A DNA stretch of 64,000 bases, from positions 68,572,001 to 68,636,000 of the forward strand of contig NC_043004.1 in assembly GCF_006345805.1 (NCBI RefSeq). Direction: 5' to 3'. The stretch is from Octopus sinensis (lineage: Eukaryota). Positions within the stretch are counted from its first letter, which is position 1; each line of letters opens with the position of its first letter. The notes beneath the pieces were generated by a model. The model did no database searches. It was not told where the DNA came from and saw nothing but the letters and a program-made list of their open reading frames with translations. This document shows, in pieces, positions 1 to 12,995 of this stretch. A program made the translations under genes and the position numbers.

Positions 1-391
1 AATTCAGACGTCTATGTGAAGTTGCTGGACACTGTGCAGGAAACCTGGCTGGAGAGATTTGCTCATGGATGGCCATATGTGTGACGACAGAATTCGACTC
101 CTGGATATAAGTCATGAAAGAGTCTAAAATGACTGCCGGAGAATTCGTACGACGGTCCACCCCCAATTTGTGGTCTCAAATTTCCCCTAATTATAATCCC
201 ATGGATTACTATGTATGAGGGCAGTCGAGAAAGTCACCAATCTCTCTACCTGCAGGACCATAGCCGAGCTGGTATCCAAGATCAAGGAGCTGTTCGAAGA
301 TCTTCCCATGGACACAACGATGACCGTATGCGCCATGTTCCGAAGCCTTCTTAAGGTCATGGGTGAAGCTGAGTGCGGTCGCTTTGAGTAA
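1..391 (+). mobile_element. Degenerate Tc1/mariner (DD37D/maT-like) transposase C-terminal fragment
   Basis: Manual translation gives PYV*RQNSTPG, PNLWSQISPNYNPMDYYV*G and (after a frameshift) AVEK..ELVSKIKELFEDLP..FRSLLKVMGEAECGRFE*. These match the QDSAP, WPPNSPDxNPxDY and EAxGGxFE* motifs. Contains stops and a frameshift. Confidence 0.8.
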
Positions 392-450
392 ATTGTTATC
401 TATAAGCCATAATTTAATCGATATATTTTAATTTTTTTTTTAATACTTTT

Positions 451-895
451 GAGTTTCGATTCGATATTGTATCAGATGATTATTTTAATGCAGTTAGTAT
501 AACGGGTTGAATATAGAATATAACTATGGTTTGGGGTTAGGAATGTTGGGCTGGGCATGCGCACTGCTCCTGATACAGAAAGAGTGAATATAAAATATTA
601 TCCTTTTATGCAGGCTGTCAGATTTAGTCGAAACACTCTGAATATCATATTGGTATACCACAACACCAACAGACAATTTTATACTGAAAGATGTTTTATA
701 CTAAAAGCTTTTTATGATAGTCTTTGTCTTTTATATTTTCTAAAATAATATTTATATCTATTCTTTATATATCAGGAGCAGTGCGCATGCCCAGCTCAGC
801 ATCTGTAACCATGAACCATAGTTTTATACTACGTTCAACCCGTCATAGAAACCGCATTAAAATAATCATCTGACACAAGTATCGAATGGAAGCCC
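451..895. mobile_element. MITE/foldback element with ~155-bp diverged terminal inverted repeats
   Basis: 451-~605 is the reverse complement of ~745-895 (e.g. tcagatgattattttaatgc vs gcattaaaataatcatctga; ctgggcatgcgcactgctcctgata vs tatcaggagcagtgcgcatgcccag). Confidence 0.75.
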
Positions 896-939
896 TGCAG
901 CAAATATAAAAAAATCTTTCTCTACGTTATCTTACATCT

Positions 940-1727
940 TTTATTTGTTTCAGTCATGGGACTGTTGTCATGCTGGGGCACCGCTTCGAAAGATTTACTC
1001 AACCAAATCGACTCCTAATACGTATTTCTGTGTCCGGTGCACATCATATTGATCTCTTTTGGCGAACCAAGTTACAGAGAGATAAACAAATGAACACCGG
1101 TTATCAGGAGACAAACACAAAGAATAAAATGCACACAGATACACATATATATATTTCTTTACTACCCACAAGGGGATAAACATAGAGGGAACAAACAAGG
1201 ACTGACAAATGGATTAAGTCTATTACATCGACCCCAGTGCGTAACTGGTACTTAATTTATCGACCCCGAAAGGATGAAAGGCAAAGTCGACCTCAGCGGA
1301 ATTTGAACTCAGAAAGTAGCGGCAGACGAAATACCTATTTCTTTATTACCCACAAGGGGCTAAACACAGAGGGGACAAACAAGGACAGACATAGGTATTA
1401 AGTCTATTACATCGACCCCAGTGCGTAACTGGTACTTAATTTATCGACCCCGAAAGGATGAAAGGCAAAGTCGACCTCGGCGGAATTTGAACTCAGAAAG
1501 TAGCGGCAGACGAAATACCGCTAATCATTTCGCCCGGCGCGCTAACGTTTCTGCCAGCTCGCCGCCTTATAGAGATACACATATATATTACTGGCTTCCA
1601 TACCATTTCGGCCCACTAAGTTCACTCACAAAGCATTGGTCGACCCAGGGTTAGAGTAAAAATCACGTGCCCAAGACGCCGAGTAGTGCGACGTAACACA
1701 AAACAACATGGTTGCAAAGCGAACATT
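940..1727 (-). mobile_element. Old SINE family B copy split by a family A insertion
   Basis: 3' tail at 940-990 and 5' head remnant at ~1590-1727 resemble the intact B copy at 9121-9536. Confidence 0.65.
1153..1566 (-). mobile_element. tRNA-derived SINE family A, internally duplicated (dimeric), with 16-bp TSD
   Basis: Head ggcggcgagctggcagaaacgttagc, B-box-like gagttcaaattcc, body gcctttcatcctttcggggtcgataaattaagtacc present twice. TSD agatacacatatatat at 1137-1152 and 1573-1588. Confidence 0.9.
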
Positions 1728-2165
1728 GATTTCGTTTCATTTCTGTTTTTTCTGAGAGTTATTGTGAAAATATTTAAATGTACTTTTCCATTGAAAATTG
1801 TTTTATTATTTTTGTGTAGTTTTGCTCTATAACATTATATATTCTGCTCAGCTTTTCATCTAACGTCTGAAGCCGGAAGAAGATCTGTACCGTTGAACTC
1901 GAAAGATGAGAGGTCAATGAAGATTTCAGGTTCCAGTAATTTTAATGGAGTTCCGTATATTACATTGAGAAATCTTTTTTTCTCCTTTCGAGAAAACATA
2001 TATACTAATGTATATGTACATTAGTATATATACATATATACTAATGTATATTCATACACGGAGACACACATACATGCACGCATACAAACACATATGGTCC
2101 GCGTATAGTGTGTAGTTAAGAATTTGATCGACGGAGACTGTTTAGAAGCCCGGCTTATGTGTGTG

Positions 2166-2215
<50 letters not shown>

Positions 2216-3496
2216 ATTGTGCGTGTGTGTGTGTGTGTTTGTGTTTGTGTTTTCCTCTCCGATCATTTGTCAACCGATGTTGGCTTGTTTACGTCCCGGT
2301 AACTTGAGCATTCAGCAGAAAGTAACACAATAAATAACATCTTTAAAAAATAGGTTTGATAAAAACACTTCAAAGCAGTACCGCTACATGGTTCTAATCC
2401 AAGAAAATCATTAAAAAAATAAATAAAAGATATGTTCATGGAGAAGTGGTGGCGAACACGTGGGTGGCTGTGTGCGTATGTACCTGGAACATGCATGCGC
2501 TTGTGTGTGCATGTACCCTATAACATACGAGTTTCTATGTATGTGGGTATATATATCTTACTACATAGTATATATATATATGTGTGTATGCGCGTCCATG
2601 TAGCTATATTACGAATGTGTATTTGTATGTGTGTATGCATGTTTGAACGCATGCGTGTACCCTGCTGTGTATTTGTCAGTTCTTTACTATGCTTTATGAA
2701 ACAATTTTTTTATGCTTTCTTACCTTTCCATAAAACCACCCAAATAGATAATTTTTTTTTCTATCGAACCGACCAGTAACTCATATGACCTTCAATATCA
2801 AGGGACTTCTGACATTTTTAGCGAACAGCATACGTATTGTGTTCACTTTCTCTTCAATATCTTCTTATATATTTATTCTGAATTTCTCTATTTGCTATAA
2901 CATTTCGGTATAATTTTTTTTTTTTTTTTTTTCATACCTTCAACTTTTCTTCATTCGGCTCTGAAATACTAAAATGTAACAGATTTACCTGATATTTCAT
3001 AAGAGAAAGGGAAAAATATTTTTAATGATCAGAACTGTTGGCAAGAAATTTTACGAAACTCAGAAAATAAAGATGGATGTCTTTTTTGGAAGGGAAGAGA
3101 GCGTGTTGCTGAAGAAGTCTATCAGTATTTATGTATGAAAAGATAGCCGAATATATGCGTTCATACGTACATACAAATATATCCATACGTACATACATAC
3201 ATACCATACATATCTATATATATATATATATATATACACACCAACACACACACAACACACACACACACCACACACCACACACACACACACACCACACACA
3301 CACACACCCACATATATTATATATATCTATGTATGTATGTATGTATGTATGTTAGGAATGTATATAGATAGATATAGACATCAACGCATTTTTTAAACTA
3401 TATGTATGTGCATATGTACATGTATAAATGTGTGTGTGTATTAGTATGTATGTAAATCTATATGCCTACAAAGATATGGGGGATACGTAAATGGAA

Positions 3497-3516
3497 GTTG
3501 TAGTGGTGGTAGTAGT

Positions 3517-3555
<39 letters not shown>

Positions 3556-3590
3556 CAGCAGCAGCAGCAGTAGCAGCAGTAGTAGTAGTG

Positions 3591-3653
<63 letters not shown>

Positions 3654-3665
3654 TAGTAGTAGTAT

Positions 3666-3697
<32 letters not shown>
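3497..3697. repeat. (TAG)n microsatellite with CAG/TGG interruptions
   Basis: Direct reading. Confidence 0.95.
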
Positions 3698-4053
3698 AAC
3701 GAGATAGAAGCAGAAAAAATATATGAAAGCACACTTCAAACGTGATGTATGGAAGACCACCGTCCTGTTAATATTTTTTTTGTTATATAAGAAGCGCATG
3801 AAATTCTAGGAACATTTTTCTTTTACTAAGACTAGTTTCTATACATGTAAAGTATATATGCTAATTGCATATATTCTGAGCGCCTTCCTTCGTTACATAA
3901 CAGCAATACTTACAGTTCGTCGCCTATATATGTGCGTGAGTGTGTATCGATATTATATATATTATATATATATATATATATGAATGTAATAAATATATAA
4001 TATACTTTAAACAAGCGCACAAACGTATACACACACGTACATTCCACACACAT

Positions 4054-4086
<33 letters not shown>

Positions 4087-4186
4087 NNNNNNNNNNNNNN
4101 NNNNNNNNNNNNNNNNNNNNNNNNNNNNNNNNNNNNNNNNNNNNNNNNNNNNNNNNNNNNNNNNNNNNNNNNNNNNNNNNNNNNNN
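4087..4186. other. Assembly gap (100 N)
   Basis: Run of N. Confidence 1.
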
Positions 4187-4403
4187 TTCCATGCGTTTAA
4201 GCTTTATTCTAATTCACTATCGCTCTATATCTCTCCACAATTAGTTTTCTCCTAATTTTTTTTCTCCTCCTTCTCTTTCTATAAACTGCCTTTGACGTTA
4301 AAATAACAGTTTAAAAGAAAACTTGAGAGCGTTCCCTTCATCATATACGCAGCCATCACATTCTGTTAAAATGTCTTCTTGATGCGATTGGTTTGTTTCT
4401 TTC

Positions 4404-4491
4404 TTTCCTTGATGAGAAGACTGCATTGTTTTACACTAATTTATTCCTTCTGGAATAATACCAATGCTGTCTTCGAAATATGTGTCGGAAG
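4404..4491 (+). ncRNA. Type-I hammerhead ribozyme motif with long stem II
   Basis: ttcc-TTGATGA(4409-4415)-gaagac.gcattg...caatgc.gtcttc-GAAA(4475-4478)-tatgtg-TC-ggaa. Stem II contains an apical hairpin ttattcc/ggaataa. C3 appears as U. Confidence 0.7.
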
Positions 4492-4555
4492 TAAAAGAAT
4501 AAATTGCATAAACAGCTGCGTTTAACTCCATATATATATATATATATTATATATA

Positions 4556-4601
<46 letters not shown>

Positions 4602-4756
4602 TTATAATTATGGGTGTCTAAGAAATGCCACCTGGTGCTGTATGAAAATTTAATGTGGTTTTAGAGTCAAGTTTTGGCTGCTATTTCAAGCATGGTGGTA
4701 TCTCTTAGATACTCTTAATTAAAATTTTAATAATAATTATTACTTTTGTGTGATAT

Positions 4757-4900
4757 ATACTTGGCGGTTCGGCAAAAAGAGACCGATAGAATAAGTACTG
4801 GGCTTACAAAGAATAAGTCCCGGGGTCGATTTGCTCAACTAAAGGCGGTGCTCCAGCATGGCCGCAGTCAAATGACTGAAACAAGAAAAAGAAAAGAAAG
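4757..4900 (+). mobile_element. SINE family B 3' fragment
   Basis: Near-identical to 9390-9520, ending ggcggtgctccagcatggccgcagtcaaatgactgaaacaag. Confidence 0.85.
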
Positions 4901-4983
4901 AAAATTTAATATATATATAAGACCACTGGTGTTTAAATTGATGTTATTAAATTAATATCCAATTTTTTCACCCTCATTTTGAC

Positions 4984-5028
<45 letters not shown>

Positions 5029-5031
5029 ATG

Positions 5032-5075
<44 letters not shown>

Positions 5076-5298
5076 TTTATGAGAGGTAATGGTGCCATTG
5101 AAACTCAAAGGTGTCAGGTAATGGCAGAATAGTGCTATAGATAGACCGCAGTAAGTCCCAGGTTCGGTGATTATGCGAATACGGGGTTCGACGCGTTGGT
5201 TATATGTCAGCCTGTTTATATAATTTTTTTTCATAATGGGATAAAAAAACAAAGCCTGTATATATATATATATATAATATATTATATATATATATATA

Positions 5299-5592
5299 TT
5301 CACGTGACCGACCAGCCATCAGATGTTGTTACACATCGCTGGTCACAATGCGTTCGCATTGTTTTAGCCTTTGAATGACGCCACCCCGCTGGCTAAGCGA
5401 GCAGGGCAACAGAAGAAAGAGTGAGAGAAAGAGTGGTGAAAGAGTACAGCAGGGATCACCACCTCGTGCCGGAGGCTCGTGGAGCTTTTAGGTGTTTTCG
5501 CTCAATAAACACACACAACGCCCGGTCTGGGAATCGAAACCGCGATCCTCCCACCGCGAGTCCGCTGCCCTAACCACTGGGCCATTGCGCCT
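5299..5592 (-). mobile_element. tRNA-derived SINE family C
   Basis: Minus-strand head ggcgcaatggcccagtggttagggcagcggactc...ggtttcgattccc (A and B boxes). Shares its 5' half with 63640-63962. Confidence 0.8.
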
Positions 5593-5611
5593 CAACACAC
5601 ACACACACACC

Positions 5612-5658
<47 letters not shown>

Positions 5659-5659
5659 G

Positions 5660-5696
<37 letters not shown>

Positions 5697-5823
5697 ATAT
5701 AGATCAATAAATGGTGGGGTTGTGTTGACCGCACGTGGAGAAATGATAAGTAAGGAAATTTTTTTTTTTTTTTTTTTTTTTAATGCAGAATGCTCAAATG
5801 AAAGAAAATTTTAATAAAATGAG

Positions 5824-5877
<54 letters not shown>

Positions 5878-6731
5878 CATACATATATACAGATTCGTTG
5901 AAACTTATATATATATATATGAATGTGAATGCAGATTTTCAGCATTTGTATCTTAAGGCGTTTTAGCGCCTACCATTATTGGTGGTACTATAAGAATTTG
6001 ATCTACAACAAAGATGAAAGCCCCAGCCTTTCGTTATAGCAAAGCTAATCCACACCGAGTCACTCAGTGTTGTTCCCTTAATTTCCTAATTCTACTTTTA
6101 GTTTCTGAGAAAGAGCTGGCCAATCGATATCGAAACATTTGTACAATCGTTGAGGCAGTGTCTATTAAGAGAAGAAATTGAACTCTACATTCCAATATAT
6201 TGAACCCTCTCTTGGGTGAAAAGTTGTCTTCATCACTTAATTAAGATAAACATTACATACGTATATATATATGTGTGTGTGAGTGTGTGCATGTGTGTGT
6301 TGGTGTGTTTATATGTGTGTATGTGCATGAGACAAGTCTAATCATAGAAAAGAGTTGTGACTCTAGATCGATATCGCCTAGAATATATTTCTTGTACTCT
6401 GCACGATTATCACGGAAAAAGGTGGAGCATCATTCACATTATATAGATAATGGTTCTATTGATCGAATACATACATACGTATATGCATACATACATACAC
6501 ATCTATACATGCATACATACATATATGCACAAATACATGCACACACACATGCATATATACATAATGCCTTCTCTACATATATCTCTTAAAAATATTTATG
6601 TATATATATACATATACTCTTACACATGTGTATGTCAATGTATATACATATACCTGTGTATGTATTCATGTATGTATATACATACATACATTCATATTTA
6701 TACATATATATATATATATGTATATCAACCA

Positions 6732-7022
<291 letters not shown>

Positions 7023-7265
7023 CACGGGTGCATGTTATTGTGTGAGTGATGGTATGACTGTTGCTTATGTGTAAGATGTAAGATCAGAAACGATCTTGCA
7101 GTAAAATATAAAGGGTGTATATGTGTAAACGAAATGTGTGTGTGCGTATGTGTCGTATTAACTTTGCAATATGTATATCTAAGTATATATATATATATTA
7201 TATATATATATATATAATATATATTATATAATATAATATATATATATATACATACATATATATAT

Positions 7266-7690
7266 ACATACATACATGCATGCATACATACATAATACAT
7301 ACATACATACATACATACATACATACATAATACATACATGCATGCATACATACATACATACATACATACATACATACATACATGCATGCATACATACATA
7401 CATACATACATACATACATACATACATACATACATGCATGCATACATACATACATACATACATACATACATACATACATGCATGCATACATACATACATA
7501 CATACATACATACATACATACATACATACATACATGCATGCATACATACATACATACATACATACATACATACATACATACATACATACATGCATGCATA
7601 CATACATACATACATACATACATACATACATACATGCATGCATACATACATACATACATACATGCATGCATACATACCAACATACATACA
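7266..7690. repeat. (CATA)n microsatellite with periodic CATG interruptions
   Basis: Direct reading. Confidence 0.95.
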
Positions 7691-8628
7691 TATATATAGA
7701 AATGAAAAAAAAGAAAGGGTAGTCTGAAAAGTACACTTGTGTTTTTAGATTAAGCACACAGAAAACGCATTGAGTCCCCGTCGGTTGGCTCATACGTGTA
7801 ATTGAAGTATTGGGTCATGTCATGTCACCCAGTTTTACGCTGATACCATCAGAGGATTTCATTGAGAATACACGGGTCTGTGTTTGGATTACTCAGTCAC
7901 ATATTAGTTCATCAATCTACCTATCTATGATATTTTGGCTGGCCCTTATCGCAAGGTGGCGTCTCTCTTCCCTATCGGAAATATTTCTGGCTATTGTAGC
8001 CCGTACGAAACCACCGGGAATATTTTATTGAATGTTTCCGTTTCTAGCTAAGTGTGACACTTATCTATGAAATACTCAACCGCTTTACAGACTAATTCGA
8101 AAAGCAGTCATTTCAGTTGATCGCCAAACTAGTAAGACTGTAGAAAAATAAGCAATCAAAATAAAAAGCAAAATATTTTTCGGATACCATATCACAGATC
8201 TATTACTCTAGCAAATATATATATATATATATATGTATGCACACACACATACGTACATACATGCGTCTAACTTCATTTCATCTGATAGTCAGAAACACCT
8301 ATCATAAAATTAAGTAATTTACAACAAAATCATCCAATCAAATTACAGATCATACAGACGGGTTTTCATTAACGCTTCTATAATTATTTTTCTTGTTGGC
8401 GTTTAACATGGATCGATTTAGTAAGTATGAAGCGACGCAATATTAGCAATGGTTGACAGATAATCAGGTATGGTATTAGTACGTGGTGGTGGTGTGGTGT
8501 AGAAGATGAGGTATGTGTGCATATGTATATAAGGTATATTATATATATATGCATATATGCATTTATGTATATATATATGTATGCATGCATGTATATATTT
8601 ATATGCATATATATATATATAATATATA

Positions 8629-8667
<39 letters not shown>

Positions 8668-9120
8668 GTAGAGACGTATGCGAGCATATACACGAGTATT
8701 ACTGTGACATATTTATGTATATATACGCAATATATTTATACATACATTGATATATATATTATAATATATATATATATACATATATGCACTTATATACATA
8801 TATATATATATATCTCATATATCTATCTATCTATCTATCTATATATATGTTATTCGATGCATATACGTATGATGCACATAAGTATTCACACGCATATATA
8901 TATATATATGTTATATAATGCGAGTGTATATGTATATATAAATACACACATGCACCCATATAAATATATACAGACACACACATATATACACGAATATATG
9001 ACGTATATACATATATATTTGTGCGTATGTGTGTGTATATGTATATACACAAAATATGATGTATGTACATATATATATATGTATATATTAGATATATATA
9101 TACATATATGATATATATAT

Positions 9121-9536
9121 GCGCAAGTGTGGCTGTGTGGTAAGTAGCTTGTTTACCAACCACATGCTTTCGGGTTCAGTCCCACTGCGTGGCATCTTGG
9201 GCAAGTGTCTTCTCCTATAGCCTCGGGCCGACCAAAACCTTGTGAGTGGATTTGCTAGACGGAAACTGAAAGAAGCCCGTCGTATATATGTATCTATACA
9301 TATATATGTGTGTGTGTATGTTTGTGTGTCTGTGTTTGTCCCCCTAGCATTGCTTGACAACCGATGCTGGTCTGTTCATGTCCCCGTTACCTAGCGGTTC
9401 GGCAAAAGAGAACGAAAGAATAAGTACTGGGCTTACAAAAGAATAAGTCCCGGGGTCGATTTGCTCGACTAAAGGCGGTGCTCCAGCATGGCCGCAGTCA
9501 AATGACTCAAACAAGTAAAAGAGTAAAGAGTAAAGA
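9121..9536 (+). mobile_element. Full-length tRNA-derived SINE family B (CORE-like; resembles octopus OR-type SINEs)
   Basis: Head gtggctgtgtggtaag...gggttcagtccc, CORE-like cttgggcaagtgtc, internal TA/TG tract, 3' stem-loop cagtc-aaat-gactg and (GAGTAAA)n tail. More than ten copies in the window. Confidence 0.9.
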
Positions 9537-9557
9537 GGATATATTTATATGTAACCA

Positions 9558-9617
<60 letters not shown>

Positions 9618-10206
9618 GGTGTGTGTGTGTGTGTGTGTGGTGTGTGTTGGTTTATATGCATGCATATATTATGTATATATGTATATAGGTATATATGTGT
9701 GTACATATATGCTATGCATATATATGTATATATATTTATGTCTTTATAGACGCATATATATATGTCTCTACGCTCAATCCTACTACTACTACTACTCTTT
9801 CCCTCAGCCTCTCCCTCTCCCCCTCTCTCACTACCGCTCGACTCATTCCTCCTCTTAACATCGCTATTCTCTCTCCCACTCAACTGCCCACCTTCTCTCA
9901 CTTGTTAATCTCTCAGCCCCCTGTTAATCAAGACCGCAGTCACTGGGAGACATTCTACTGACCTTTTGGTCTGTTATGTGATTAGCAAAATCTTAGAACT
10001 TATCAAATAATGTTTGAATTCGAAAACCCACTGACATTCGACTTCCGAGCAGCTATCGTCATTTTCAAGACGTAATTATTTAGCACACTCACATACACAT
10101 GAACACACAACATATACAGACATGTCCTCACAAACATACATGTATATATATATATACATATACATATATATAATATATTATATATATATATAATATATAT
10201 ATATTA

Positions 10207-10400
10207 TATATAGAAGGAGCTTCTAAGGACTAGTACTGTTTCATTCAAGAGAAATCTTCAGGAAGCTTCCTGAAGATTTCTCTTGATGAAACAGTACTAG
10301 TCCTGTAGAAGCTCCTTCTATATAATAAATTAATCTTACTCTGCTATGTATTGAGTACCTTACTTACTGTGGTTAACCCCGGATCAACCCGGGACCTACA
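10207..10400. mobile_element. Short PLE-type element in (TA)n with a ~118-bp spacerless palindrome
   Basis: 10207-10265 is the reverse complement of 10266-10324 apart from two 1-nt indels. Flanked by (TA)n. Confidence 0.75.
10264..10313 (+). ncRNA. Type-I hammerhead ribozyme motif (mirror copy on minus strand at 10218-10267)
   Basis: agcttc-CTGAAGA(10270-10276)-tttctcttga(a)t-GAAA(10288-10291)-cag-tactagtc-ctg-TA-gaagct. Stem I is 6 bp, stem III is cag/ctg, cleavage triplet GUA. Confidence 0.75.
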
Positions 10401-10413
10401 TATATATAAATAT

Positions 10414-10463
<50 letters not shown>

Positions 10464-10854
10464 TATAGGTGTATGTGCCCCTAAGCGTGTGAAGGTACGA
10501 AAATTCGTACCTCTGTGTACGTTCAGGTATATGGAAAATATTGATGATGTTGGAAGGAGAGATGCAACGATACTCAGAAATTAAAGGCACCCAGGGGAAA
10601 ATGTATATCTATATATATATATCAGTGTACGGACTTATGTGTGTATGTAGTATGTGTGTGTGTGTGTGTGTGTGTGTCTATACCTATATACATGTATATG
10701 CTCTGTGTATGCATGAACACTCAGTTACTTCTACACATACATATGTATATGCCGATATAAAAATGCATATCCGTGTGCATACCATTGTATATATACTATA
10801 GTATATATATATAGTATATATATATATATATACATATACTATAGTATGTATATT

Positions 10855-11390
10855 CTAACAGGAAGATGCCAGTTCCGCAGTTAGGGTGGTTTCACTTTTC
10901 GACTAGTGGTGTCGTATTTTTGGTGGGTAATTTGGCGCTGGTGAGTAATATTTTTAGGGATTGCGGTTGTCACTTGCTTTTAATAATCCTATGTGTTTCC
11001 AGTGCCTGTTTCATTCGCGGGTCCTTCATAAGGAGGCGTGTGTTTGGTGGATGATGTTCTATGCTTCCATGTTCCTTGGATTGTGTGTTGATACGTAAGA
11101 TAAAGTTTTAAGTGTGTCATGGTGTTTTCTTGTTTTCCGTAACTCTTGGATGACTTTTGCACGTTCTATTCCGCTTTTGATTAGACTGGCCGGGTGGCCG
11201 GGTATTTTCTATCCAGTAATATGGTTTTCTTGAGTTGGTTTTCTCGGGTTTCGGGATTCGATGCAATCAGGCAAATCCTTCTAGCTAAGTTGAACGGTAT
11301 ATTCTTTTTAGTATGTTTTGGGTGGCAAGAGGAGAATAAAATACATTGTTCAGAGTCGGTCTTTTTCCTGCGTGAAAACACCCCACCTCT
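10855..11390 (-). mobile_element. Penelope-like element RT thumb/linker remnant (Neptune-like)
   Basis: ORF 11181-11453 contains KTDSEQCILFSSCHPKHTKKNIPFNLARRICLIAS...RKYP (PLE motif KPTD..YL.F.S.HP.H.K..IP..LA.RI). Downstream frames give YVSTHNPRN and IIKSK*QPQSLKILLTSAKL. Flanked by (TA)n. Confidence 0.85.
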
Positions 11391-11411
11391 TTTGTTATAT
11401 ATATATATATA

Positions 11412-12115
11412 TAACGCCCCCCGTCCAATGGACGGTGCTGAGTTGTCAAACATTTAAACCAAATTTTCTCAAAATAACTTGTCCGAGTCTCCCACAGGCC
11501 TCACCTTTGAGAAACACTGATTTAACCTAAATAGACACCAGCAAAAGAAGAAATAAAGATAGACTTTTTTTCTATTCTAAAGAAAACGATTTTATTCACA
11601 CAAATATGCAACCGAAGAGTTTAAAGTACCAGTAATGATAAGGCTGTTGACTGGGAGAACACAATCATGGTTTAAACAATAAGCTTGGCAGGAAAGAAAC
11701 GTGCCTTTAAGCAGTACAAAAACAACAAAAAATGGAAGGTGCAGTTATGTACAGGTTGACGGAAGAAAAGCATGCAAATGGGTTAGCTGGAGGTAAATCT
11801 AGATGGAAAAGCATGATGAATTTATGAAAACGTCCCTGGGACAATAATAAGTTTGTCCGATAAAACATGTAGGAAATTTCTCGTGCACACGTAGTATCGA
11901 TCGCAACAGCTGATGTACTTGCGCGTACAGCTGCACGTTCCCACGGCTTTATCGATCGCATTCTCACCTGGAATCGATTTTTGTAATGTTTTTAAGATTT
12001 ATACACGCCCTGATACCATCGGTATCTATATATCAAATTTGAGCGCAATCGGATGGAGGATGCCCGAGATCCTAGAAGACACACACACAGACAGAACAGA
12101 TTTTATATAATAGAT
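11412..12115 (+). mobile_element. Possible non-autonomous Helitron/HINE-like element
   Basis: The 3' end caaatttgagcgcaatcggatg...acagacagaacagattttatataatagat resembles the end at 19262-19345 and typical HINE/DINE-like termini. The 5' boundary is uncertain. Confidence 0.4.
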
Positions 12116-12562
12116 ATACAGTTTGTGTGCTTATATTTATTCTCTGCCATTGATTGACAAATAGTTTGGGTTACTTTACCTCTCCCATAGAATAAACATC
12201 AGTCTTAAGCGTAAAAATATAAGAGCTGGGTTCGATTTGTTTGACAAAAACCTTTCGAGGCTGAATGCCAACATGACTGAAGTCCAATGACTGAAGCAGA
12301 AATCAAAAGATAAAAGATCAAATACTCAAACTTGTCTTTACAACACCTGGAATTTTATTCCGAATTGTTACTGCTATGGTTTAATATGAAGAGAAAAGGT
12401 AGTGCAAGGATACCCAAACTCTTTTTCTCTGTCTCTGGTAAGGGTGAAATGAAAGAAAGGACTGGAAACTGGTCTGAATGCTGTCGACAGAGCTGGTATC
12501 ATTAAATGTTCCTAAAAGTAAATTTTGAATGGTTGGATGTGATCTCTTTTAAGAAAAAATGA

Positions 12563-12995
12563 TTTCAAATTTTAGCACAAGGCCAGTAATTTCCAGGGAA
12601 GGGATGTGACGATTACGTCAACTCCAGCGTTCAACTGGTACTTATTTCATCGATCCCAAAAGGACGAAAGGTAAAGTCGACTTTGGTGGAATTTGAACTC
12701 AGAACGTAAAGTCAGACGAAATACCGCTGAGTATTTTACCCGATCAGCTAACGCTTCTGTCAGCTCGCCGCTTTCCCTTCAGAAATAATCCTTTCTATTA
12801 AAGGCACGAGGCCTGAAATTTTGGCGGAGGGGACTAGTTGATCACATCGACTCCAGTGTTTCAATGGTGCTTCATTTATCGACCCCAAATGGATGAAAGA
12901 CAAAGTCGACCTCGGCGGAATTTGAACTCCGGATATAACGATTGAGGAAATACGCTAAGCATTTTTCCCAGTGTGCTAACGATTCTGCCAGCACC
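12563..12995 (-). mobile_element. Two adjacent diverged family A SINEs
   Basis: Two copies of aaagtcgac...ggaatttgaactc...gaaatac.gctaag.attt. Confidence 0.75.

Noticed and set aside
5520-5592. tRNA genes here and at other SINE heads
   Set aside because: A/B boxes are present, but they continue into SINE bodies and no complete cloverleaf is evident.
6100-6150. Possible decayed hammerhead ctgagaa...tcgaaacatttgta
   Set aside because: The 3-8 pair is mismatched and stems I and II are poor.
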